Assembly: GCA_965215005.1 (NCBI GenBank)
Contig: CBDCCZ010000018.1
Coordinates: 224,001 to 288,000 of the forward strand
From: Kofleriaceae bacterium
GTDB taxonomy: Bacteria > Myxococcota_A > Polyangia > Haliangiales > Haliangiaceae
Length of the DNA: 64,000 bases
Direction of reading: 5' to 3'
In this document: positions 56,012 through 64,000 of the stretch, piece by piece
How the letters are laid out: each line of letters begins with the position of its first letter
Position numbering within the stretch: position 1 is the stretch's first letter
Position numbers and translations under genes: made by a program
Notes under the pieces: model-generated
What the model saw: the letters and a program-made list of their open reading frames with translations, nothing else
What the model was told of the DNA's origin: nothing
The model's database searches: none

Positions 56012-58288
56012 ATGCACGCCAGATCCTTTCGTCTCGCTGGGCTACCGCAGCCCCACTACAGCGCTGCGCTGGCGCTGCTGCTAGCAATTGCGGGCCCCGG
56101 ATGCGGCGATAAGCGCCGCGCCAGCGATACCGGCAGCGCCGCCACCACCTCGGCGACGTCACCAGCAACGGCAGTGACGGCAGCCCGAGCTCCAACAACT
56201 CCGCCGCTGGCGATTGACGGCCCAGTCTTTGATTTAGCGGCAAACGAGTTACTCGTTCACACCTACGACCGCGACGGCGCCCTGGTGGTTCCCGTTGCTA
56301 GCGAGGCGCTGCGCAAGTACGTCACCGAGTATAAGAATCCGTGGGGCGCCGTCGTCCGCGTCGATGCCCACCCGGGGCGGGCGTTGACGAGTCGCAGCGC
56401 GCGCTTGCAGCTGCCGTGGCTCGCCTCTGGAGAGGCGACCCTGCGCCTGCGCGTTCACGGCGTCGCCGCCGGGCAGCGCGTATCGGTCTTCGTCAACGGC
56501 ACCAACGTCGCCAACGAGAGTCTGCAAGCCGATTGGCAGGTGGCCACGATAGCGCTGGGCACCCTGGCAGCCGGTGAGGTCGAGCTCCGCCTCACCTTCG
56601 GCAAGCGCGGCAGCGCCGGCGATACCTCTGCCTACGCGCTCGTGCATTCCTTAGACGTAGCCCCGGGCGCCCCGCAGGCAACCGATGCCAGTGAGTACCC
56701 GCCGCTGTCGCCAGTCGCCGAGGTCGAGGGCGTCCCCGCTCTCACCGGCTTTGCCAGCTATGCCATGTACTTGGAAGCGCCGCCCGATGCATTCTTGACC
56801 CTGCGTACTCGTGGCAGCGGCGGCTTCGCGGTCCGTGCACGTCCAGCGGTCGGCGAGGCCGTCACGCTTCTCGAAGCAGAGCAATCCAGCGGCGACACCG
56901 AGCGGCGCATCTCGCTAGCGCCGATCGCTGGCGAATTGGTGCGCCTGGAGCTCACCGCGCCCGCACCAATCGCAGCGCTGCTCGAGCCAACGATTGCGCT
57001 GGTGGAGGTGGATGAGCGCCCGGCCCCACCACCCGTCGAGAACGCGATTCTTTGGGTGGGCGATGCGTTGCGCTCGGACAAGCTCGCGCTCTACGGAGAG
57101 ACTCGCGTGCAGACGCCGCGCATCACGGCGCTCGGCAAACAGCGAGGCATCGCGTTTCTCAACAATCAAGCAGCTTCGCCCTCGTCCCCGCCCTCGCATG
57201 CCAGCATCCAAACCGGCATGATTCCGCGCGTGCACGGCATCGTCGGCGACTCCTCCAAGGTCGCAGCCGGCACCCCGCTACTATCGAGTCAGCTCGAAGC
57301 AGCCGGAGTCAAGACCGCCTACGTCGGCAACAATCCCTTCGGCATGGCTCGGCTCGAGGAGCCAGGAAACTGGACCTGGTTTCGGCAGCCGGGTCGCGAA
57401 GGCAAGAGCCACGACTGCTCAGTGATGGTCGAGCTCATGCTCGAGTTCGCCAAAACCCAGCACGATGCCGGCAAGCGGTTCTTTATCTCGTCGCTCGCCT
57501 ATGAGCCGCACACCCCCTATCGATTTCACGAAGGCATTACCGAGAAGTACTTTGCAGGACCGTACCCGCCGCCGATCGGCACCAGCGCGAGTACCGTGCT
57601 CGACGACATCAACGCCGGCCGCCTCAAGCCGACGCCCGAGCAGTGGAAGCAGCTTATCGCCCTTCACGACGGCGAGATCGAGTACATGGACGGCTGCGTC
57701 GGCAGCTTGCTCGATGGGCTCGAAGAGATGGGGGTGCTCGAGAACACCGCCTTCATCCTCACCTCCGACCACGGCGAGGGATTCTGGGAGCATCAGCATC
57801 TGGGGCACGCATGGGGGCACAATGCTGAGGTTGCCAACGTGCCGCTGGTGATCGTTTCGCCGGGGCTGACGAGTGAAGGACGCACCATCGACACCGTCAC
57901 CAGTCACCTCGACATCACGCCAACGATCCTGGCGCTGATGGGCGTCGAGCCGGCGCCGCAGATTCAAGGACAGAGCCTGCTGCCGCTGATCGCGCGCAAC
58001 GGCCCGTGGACGCCCCGGGTGGTGCCGCTCGAGTACGGCCGCAGCTTTTCGCTGCGCGCGCGCGACTGGCGCTACATCACCGACTACGCCGGCGGCGAGA
58101 CCCTATTTCATCTCGCCGAGGATCCCGGCGAGCAGCGCGAGCTTGGGGCAGAGAGGCCCATCGCGCTGCGCTACTTTCGCGACCTCACCGGCGTATTTCT
58201 CGCGCACCGGCAGGATTGGCGGATGGCGAGCTGGGGGCCACTGAACAACCACCAGTCGGCGTTTCTCGAGCACCTTGGGATCCGCTAG
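56012..58288 (+). CDS. Sulfatase-like (alkaline phosphatase superfamily) lipoprotein
   Basis: Lipobox [45 protein letters not shown]. Confidence 0.85.
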   Translation: MHARSFRLAGLPQPHYSAALALLLAIAGPGCGDKRRASDTGSAATTSATSPATAVTAARAPTTPPLAIDGPVFDLAANELLVHTYDRDGALVVPVASEALRKYVTEYKNPWGAVVRVDAHPGRALTSRSARLQLPWLASGEATLRLRVHGVAAGQRVSVFVNGTNVANESLQADWQVATIALGTLAAGEVELRLTFGKRGSAGDTSAYALVHSLDVAPGAPQATDASEYPPLSPVAEVEGVPALTGFASYAMYLEAPPDAFLTLRTRGSGGFAVRARPAVGEAVTLLEAEQSSGDTERRISLAPIAGELVRLELTAPAPIAALLEPTIALVEVDERPAPPPVENAILWVGDALRSDKLALYGETRVQTPRITALGKQRGIAFLNNQAASPSSPPSHASIQTGMIPRVHGIVGDSSKVAAGTPLLSSQLEAAGVKTAYVGNNPFGMARLEEPGNWTWFRQPGREGKSHDCSVMVELMLEFAKTQHDAGKRFFISSLAYEPHTPYRFHEGITEKYFAGPYPPPIGTSASTVLDDINAGRLKPTPEQWKQLIALHDGEIEYMDGCVGSLLDGLEEMGVLENTAFILTSDHGEGFWEHQHLGHAWGHNAEVANVPLVIVSPGLTSEGRTIDTVTSHLDITPTILALMGVEPAPQIQGQSLLPLIARNGPWTPRVVPLEYGRSFSLRARDWRYITDYAGGETLFHLAEDPGEQRELGAERPIALRYFRDLTGVFLAHRQDWRMASWGPLNNHQSAFLEHLGIR

Positions 58289-58501
58289 TGGTTTACGGCG
58301 CAAATCCTAAACGGCTAGCCAAGCAACCATCGCTTGGAGAGACGCCGAAGGGAGCACAGGGCAGCAGAGATGCCGCCTTTGCCGCGCATCCGGGCGGCGG
58401 AAGTGTCATGGAGCCCGCAGCTTGGTACCGATTCGCGCGCTTGCTCGAACTGCAGCGAGCTGCCATAACAGCGCCCTTCGGCGGCGCCAAGTGAGATCTA
58501 C

Positions 58502-60820
58502 GTGAGCGACACACCTTTGCAAGAAGAGTCCACCGACTTCATTCGCGAGATCGTCGCGCGCGACGTTCGCGAGGGCACCTATGGGGGCCGCGTCGCTACT
58601 CGCTTCCCCCCCGAGCCCAACGGCTATCTGCACATCGGCCACGCCAAAGCGATCTTCATCGATTTTGGCATCGCAGAAGAGTTCGGCGGCGTCTGCAACC
58701 TGCGCTTCGACGACACCAATCCCACCAAAGAAGAGCGCGAGTACGCCGAGGCGATCGCTCGCGACGTTCGCTGGCTCGGCTGCGACTATGGTGAGCAGGT
58801 GTTCTATGCCTCGGACTACTTCGAGCGCATGTACGAGCTCGCCGAGAAGCTGATCGAAAGCGGCAAAGCCTACGTAGACGAGTCGACCGAGGCCGAGATC
58901 CGGCAGCTGCGCGGCTCCCTCACCGAGCCGGGCCGCCCGAGCCGCTATCGCGATCGCCCATCCGCGGACAGCCTGGCGCTGTTTCGCCGCATGCGCGCCG
59001 GTGAGCTCGCCGACGGCGCCGCGGTGCTGCGCGCCAAGATCGACCTCGCCGCGGCCAACATGAAGATGCGCGATCCGCTGCTCTATCGGATCCGCAAGGC
59101 TCACCACGATCGTACCGGCGATGCCTGGTGCATCTATCCTATGTACGACTACGCGCATCCACTATCGGATGCGTTCGAGCGCATTACCCACTCGCTGTGC
59201 ACTCTCGAGTTCGAGAACAACCGCGAGCTCTACGACTGGGTGGTGCGCGAAACCGGCGTCGAGTGGACGCCACGGCAGTATGAATTCGCCCGCCTCGCCG
59301 TGGGTTACACCATCACCAGCAAGCGCAAGCTCTTGCATCTGGTGAAAGACGGCCATGTCACCGGCTGGGACGATCCGCGCATGCCGACCATCGCCGCAAT
59401 GCGACGGCGCGGCTATACGCCCTCGGCGCTGCGACGGTTCTGCGATCTAGTGGGCGTTGCCAAGCACAACAGCTTGGTCGATATCGGCAAGCTCGAGTAT
59501 GCGCTGCGCGATGATCTGAACCCCGTGGCACCGCGGGTGATGTGCGTTCTCGAGCCGCTCAAGGTGGTGCTGACCAACCTGCCAGAAACGCACCGCGAGG
59601 AGTTGCAGGCGCCCTACTTCCCCCGCGACATCGGCAAAGAAGGCGAACGTGCGGTACCGTTTGGCCGCGAAATTTACATCGAACGCGACGACTTTCGCCG
59701 CGAGCCCCCCGCCAAGTTTCGCCGCTTGGCGCCTGGGCGTACAGTGCGACTGCGCTACGGCTACTGCATCACCTGCGAGGACGTGATCGAAGATGCTCAG
59801 GGCGCGGTGGTGGAGCTGCGAGCGCGCGTTCACCTCGAGACCACCCGCGGCGCCAATCCAGAGGGCCTCGAGGTCGCGGGCGTCATTCACTGGGTGGATG
59901 CTGCGAGCTCCCTGCCGGCAGAGGTGCGGCTCTACGACCGTTTGTTCACTGTTGAGAAGCCGGACGCCGGCGATGACTTCCTGTCGTACCTCAACCCCGA
60001 CTCGCTGCGCGTCTGCACCGGCGCGCGCATCGAGCGCAGCGTTGGCAGCGATTCGCCTGAGCTGCGCTATCAGTTCGAGCGTCAGGGCTACTTTTGGCAA
60101 GACCCCAGCGATTCACGTCCAGAGGCGCTGGTGTTTAGCCGCATCGTCACGTTGCGTGACTCGTGGGCGGCCGCTGCCACGCAGCCGCCGGCAGTCACGG
60201 TGGCCAAGAGCGAGCGTTCCAAGACTCGCCCGCCAAAGCGCTCGCCCCTCGAGGTGCGCACCGAAGCCCGCAGCCGCGATTCGCTCTTGGCCGACCGGTT
60301 TGCCCGCTATCAAGCCGAGCTCGGCCTTAGCCGCGACACAGCGGATCTCCTCACCGGCGATCGCGACGCCGGGCAGGTGTTCGAGCAAGCCATCGCCGTG
60401 ACGCCCAAGCACGAGGCGGTGGTCAACTGGATCATCAACGAGCTGCCGCGTGAGCTCGGTAGTCGCTCGCTTGCCGACACCGCGCTCACCGGCGGCGCGC
60501 TTGGCGCTTTGGTGGCTCTCGTCGAAGAAGGCACCATCAATGCGCCCGCGGGACGCGAAGTGTTGGCCGAGCTGGTGGCGCGCGGCGGCGAGCCGGCAGC
60601 GATCGTAGAGGCGCGTGGCCTTCAGCAAATCGATGACGACAGCGCGCTGCAAGCCATGGTCGAGGAGGTCATCGCTGCGCATCCCAGCGAGTGCCGCGCC
60701 TACCAGGACGGCAAGAAGGGCCTGCTTGGCTTTTTCGTCGGCCAGGTGATGAAGAAGTCGCGCGGCAAGGCCAACCCGCAGCGAGTCCAAGCGCTCCTCG
60801 CCGACCATCTCGACAACTAA
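58502..60820 (+). CDS. glnS: Glutamine-tRNA ligase with C-terminal YqeY/GatB domain
   Basis: TRFPPEPNGYLHIGH, TSKRKL, WDDPRMPT, QFERQGYF; C-terminal GFFVGQVMKKSRGKANP. Confidence 0.95.
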   Translation: MSDTPLQEESTDFIREIVARDVREGTYGGRVATRFPPEPNGYLHIGHAKAIFIDFGIAEEFGGVCNLRFDDTNPTKEEREYAEAIARDVRWLGCDYGEQVFYASDYFERMYELAEKLIESGKAYVDESTEAEIRQLRGSLTEPGRPSRYRDRPSADSLALFRRMRAGELADGAAVLRAKIDLAAANMKMRDPLLYRIRKAHHDRTGDAWCIYPMYDYAHPLSDAFERITHSLCTLEFENNRELYDWVVRETGVEWTPRQYEFARLAVGYTITSKRKLLHLVKDGHVTGWDDPRMPTIAAMRRRGYTPSALRRFCDLVGVAKHNSLVDIGKLEYALRDDLNPVAPRVMCVLEPLKVVLTNLPETHREELQAPYFPRDIGKEGERAVPFGREIYIERDDFRREPPAKFRRLAPGRTVRLRYGYCITCEDVIEDAQGAVVELRARVHLETTRGANPEGLEVAGVIHWVDAASSLPAEVRLYDRLFTVEKPDAGDDFLSYLNPDSLRVCTGARIERSVGSDSPELRYQFERQGYFWQDPSDSRPEALVFSRIVTLRDSWAAAATQPPAVTVAKSERSKTRPPKRSPLEVRTEARSRDSLLADRFARYQAELGLSRDTADLLTGDRDAGQVFEQAIAVTPKHEAVVNWIINELPRELGSRSLADTALTGGALGALVALVEEGTINAPAGREVLAELVARGGEPAAIVEARGLQQIDDDSALQAMVEEVIAAHPSECRAYQDGKKGLLGFFVGQVMKKSRGKANPQRVQALLADHLDN

Positions 60821-60856
60821 CGCCGAGGGGTGCGGCTTCGGCGGTGACCAGATTGG

Positions 60857-61951
60857 CTAGCGCCGCTGCAGCTCGCGCGGCACCGTGGTGACGTGCAGCA
60901 TCACCGACTCGTCATAGTCCGAGACGTAGTACCAGCGGCCATCATCGCCGAGCGCCATCCCTTCGACGTGCTGCCGATCTTCGAACACCCGAACCCGCCG
61001 CGGCTCGATCGGCCCCGGGCTCTGCATCGACTCCAGCGACACCGACCAGTGGCCACAGAGCGTGCTCTTCGAGCCCGGATAATCCATCGTGATGGTGCTG
61101 TCTTTGCGCGCCGTGCCGATCGGCCCCGTGAGCACGTGCAGCTCATCGCCGATGCGCTCGAGCCCGCGCACCCCCGCTGATCGATCCCGCGCCCCGACCC
61201 CCGCGAGCCACCACACTTGCGTCACCCGCGGCGGCAATCCGTCTTCTTCGAAGAGTCGGTCGAAACCCTCGAGCTCGACCAGCAGCGGCTCACCGTTATC
61301 AGTCAGCGGATACCGCAGCCCAACGATCGCGCGGCCGTCCTCGAGAAACGCCAGACCTTCGACGTTGATCGGCCAGTCCTCGACGCGCACCAGCGGCGCC
61401 CATGGCGAATCCTTCTTGGCACCGACGCGCAACGTCTGCGCCAGGTAGACATCCCGCGAGTGCGGTCCCATCGGGATGAGCGTCACTCCACTGTCGCGCA
61501 AGCCATCGTTGATCGCTCGGTGCAACACGAACGGCCGGCGTGCGATCTCCAACGGCGAGCTCGTCTTATGGACCTTGCCGTCGACGTCCTGCTCGCGAAA
61601 CCGAGCCACGAACGCCCGCTTGGGCTGCAAAGGGCCATCCTTGGAACCAAACTGCGAGCCCAACACGTACAGCCATTCGCCAGCGCGGGCCAAACACTCG
61701 GCATCGTCGGTCTTGTCCTCGCAGCTCGGCTCCGCCGACAGCACCTTGAGCTTCCAGCCACTCGCGAGGTCTTTATCGCGCTTATGCCCGAGCAGCGCCA
61801 CGGACTCCTCAACTCGGCCTTCGTCGAGCACGACCCAAAAGCCGCGATCAAAGCCATGGGCTTGCAAGATCTGCGAGCTCTCGCAGCGAACCAACGCTGA
61901 AGCCTCGGCGGGCCCGTTTTCGAGCTCTACAGTGATAAGGGCGTCGCTCAC
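60857..61951 (-). CDS. Beta-propeller protein (DUF3616-like)
   Basis: DAECLA...LYVLGS, NVEGLA...VGLRYP, EGMA...VSD blade-like motifs. Confidence 0.65.
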   Translation of the reverse strand: MSDALITVELENGPAEASALVRCESSQILQAHGFDRGFWVVLDEGRVEESVALLGHKRDKDLASGWKLKVLSAEPSCEDKTDDAECLARAGEWLYVLGSQFGSKDGPLQPKRAFVARFREQDVDGKVHKTSSPLEIARRPFVLHRAINDGLRDSGVTLIPMGPHSRDVYLAQTLRVGAKKDSPWAPLVRVEDWPINVEGLAFLEDGRAIVGLRYPLTDNGEPLLVELEGFDRLFEEDGLPPRVTQVWWLAGVGARDRSAGVRGLERIGDELHVLTGPIGTARKDSTITMDYPGSKSTLCGHWSVSLESMQSPGPIEPRRVRVFEDRQHVEGMALGDDGRWYYVSDYDESVMLHVTTVPRELQRR

Positions 61952-62476
61952 AGCCGCCCAGGGTACTACAAGAAGTTGAGTGATGCGCGATCCGCGTACG
62001 GGTCAGCCTGCGGGGATGGCTGGAGGAGGCTCTGTTCGTGCGACATGCATCCGCGATCGATTAAGATGTAGCGCCTCCGAACGCCTGCTCACGCTTTCAT
62101 TTCGCGCGGCTGCGGCGCTGCGGCGCTGGTTCGTGTTCGGGCAATGATCCACGCGTTGCGTACGATCCGCTCGTCCATCTCCTCGAGCGAAAGGGGGCGA
62201 GTGAAGAGGATCTGGCTCAGGAAGTAGGATAGCGAGCGAATGAGGACCAGAAGGGTTGCGAGCTGGCCGGGGACCGATGCGGCCTGCCATAGCAAGTTCG
62301 ACCAAGCGACCGAGGCAGAGTGCGATGATGCGACCATAGAGAAACGCCCGAATCGCGCTGGGGTGCCACGCGAGGACGGCCGATAGGCCATTGCAGGCGC
62401 TTTTTTGAGCTGCGCTAACCTCCAATTCCGGCAGCGTCCGCGAATCTTCTACCTGCGCGCAACCTGGGGGAAGTAT

Positions 62477-64000
62477 ATGCATTTCCGTTCTAAACTTGCA
62501 TTTTCCATCGCACTCCTTGCACCGGGCTGCAGTCTTAGCACGGGTGGATCTGCTCCCTCCGTAGCCACGACTCCCTCCGTAGCCACGACACATACCCCGG
62601 TGGATGCGGAGAGGGATGGAGCGCATGAAGATCCTTATCGATGGATGGAGCAAGATACTGCGCGTCTCGCAACCTGGGTGCACGAACACGCTTCGAACGA
62701 TGTCGAGCTACCCGCAGAAGCAGCACTACGGCGCCGAATCTTAGAGCTGTCGGGTAGGACCTCCTACGAGGGAAGAGTGACCCCTTTTGGGGGTGGGGAA
62801 CTCTTTCTGCAGCTTGCTGCCGGATCGGATGCAGCGACGCTTGCCTATCGTACGAAGGACGGGAAGAAGCGATCCATTCCCGCCGTTGACGAATCAGTTG
62901 CCGAGGGCAAGCGAATAACGCAATTCATTCCGTCCCCGCGAGGGCGGTGGATTGCCGTTCAATACGTCGAGTCGGGTAGCGAGCTAAGTGAACTGCGTTT
63001 CCTCGATTTTGAACGGGGGCAGTTCCTACCGTCCACGTTTGGCCCTGTGTGGGCGGAGTTTGCTGCGGCCTGGCACCCCAACGGTGATGGCGTCTTCTTC
63101 ACGCAGATGGACCCAAGCGCGAAAGATCCTATGCAGGGCATGCGCCTCCGATACTGGAAGTTCGGCGCGCCCGAGAAGAGCGTCACCGATTTGGTGGTGG
63201 CCGGCGAAGACGGCATTCTTCCGCAGCAGTTTCCCCTCGCTTACGCGCCACGTGGGTCGAAATGGCTGATCGTTGTGGCGGCGAACGCCAACCCGGCTTG
63301 GGAACTTTACGCTATTCGACTAAGTGATGCGGTAAGCGGGCGCCCGCTACAATTGCGCAAAGTGGTCGGTAAGGAAGATCTAGTTGGAAGAGATGCCTTC
63401 GCTGTGCGTGGAGACGAGCTATTCATCATCTCCGGAAAGGAAGCGCCGAACGGACAAATAGAAGTTGTCAACCTGGAAACGGGCACGCGAGAGACAGTGC
63501 TTGCAGGTGAAGAGCATGCCTTGAAGAAGCTGAGTGCAACCCGGGAACACGTCTATGCGCACGCACTGCAGGACGGCGCTTCGGTGTTGTTCAGATGCGA
63601 GGGAAAACAATGTCGTGCGCTGCCGATGCCACTGGAGGGTGCGTGGGTGGAGCGTCTCTTCTCCTGGGAAGACGCATCGGAGCTCATTCTCAGCCAAGAG
63701 GGACTTGTGGAGCCCAGAACTTACTTCTCTATTCCAGACCGTGGCCCAACACGTCCGCTCGGCATCGGCTCGACCACCAGCGTAGACCTTTCGCAGCTTC
63801 ACACGCGGCGACTCGAGGCAACTAGCTTCGATGGCGCTAGAGTTCCCATGACGATTGTGACCACAGATGCCCGCAGGCCACAACCGACCCTTATGAAAGC
63901 CTACGGCGCCTACGGTATCTACCTGCAGCCTTCGTTCGTTCCGAGCACGCTGGCTTGGGTGGAGGGCGGACGCAACATCATTTACTGCCATGTGCGCGGA
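62477..64000 (+). CDS. Prolyl oligopeptidase (S9A), lipoprotein, partial (runs off window; not in the ORF track)
   Basis: MHFRSKLAFSIALLAPGC lipobox; EDPYRWME; propeller region; SFDGARVPM, AYGAYG, HVRG at the window edge. Confidence 0.88.
   Translation, partial: MHFRSKLAFSIALLAPGCSLSTGGSAPSVATTPSVATTHTPVDAERDGAHEDPYRWMEQDTARLATWVHEHASNDVELPAEAALRRRILELSGRTSYEGRVTPFGGGELFLQLAAGSDAATLAYRTKDGKKRSIPAVDESVAEGKRITQFIPSPRGRWIAVQYVESGSELSELRFLDFERGQFLPSTFGPVWAEFAAAWHPNGDGVFFTQMDPSAKDPMQGMRLRYWKFGAPEKSVTDLVVAGEDGILPQQFPLAYAPRGSKWLIVVAANANPAWELYAIRLSDAVSGRPLQLRKVVGKEDLVGRDAFAVRGDELFIISGKEAPNGQIEVVNLETGTRETVLAGEEHALKKLSATREHVYAHALQDGASVLFRCEGKQCRALPMPLEGAWVERLFSWEDASELILSQEGLVEPRTYFSIPDRGPTRPLGIGSTTSVDLSQLHTRRLEATSFDGARVPMTIVTTDARRPQPTLMKAYGAYGIYLQPSFVPSTLAWVEGGRNIIYCHVRG
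62553..62588 (+). repeat. Perfect 18-bp tandem duplication CTCCCTCCGTAGCCACGA x2 in the lipoprotein linker
   Basis: Directly visible; encodes PSVATT twice. Confidence 0.9.

Noticed and set aside
62003..62689. Minus-strand ORFs of 228 aa and 100 aa
   Set aside because: The 228-aa ORF overlaps the plus-strand peptidase and has no motif; the 100-aa ORF has no recognisable family or RBS
1..64000. tRNA, rRNA, IS elements, integrases, prophage genes
   Set aside because: No such motifs recognised by eye; a covariance-model search would be needed to exclude small RNAs

Overview
GC-rich bacterial DNA whose gene content (FHA-sigma54 activator, Ser/Thr kinase-STAND-TPR protein, HDOD proteins, many lipoproteins) suggests a myxobacterium (Myxococcota); this taxonomic call is inference. 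About 48 CDSs are supportable. I found no rRNA, tRNA, CRISPR array or transposase. Most of the window is housekeeping or stress genes: oligopeptidase A, diadenylate cyclase, GH31, cydAB, aspartokinase, photolyase, SNF2, PhoD, MepA, UdgX/radical SAM, GlnRS-YqeY and a prolyl oligopeptidase. The main candidate new system is a ~12.6 kb secreted-peptide (RiPP-like) locus at 14433-27080. It contains an FHA-sigma54 activator, a C39 peptidase ABC exporter with two adaptors (one fused to REC-like/GAF domains), a Ser/Thr kinase, two divergent double-glycine-leader precursors (one with a core that is 15/44 proline), and a JmjC oxygenase starting 3 nt after that precursor. Near-identical sigma54 -24/-12 elements precede the exporter operon and the Pro-rich precursor. 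A second highlight is a lipoprotein carrying a plant/fungal-type caleosin (peroxygenase) domain. Also seen: a recurrent -10 hexamer 6-8 nt before start codons (leaderless-type genes) and a LexA-like box over the promoter of the radical SAM/UdgX operon. All family assignments come from motif recognition, not database searches.
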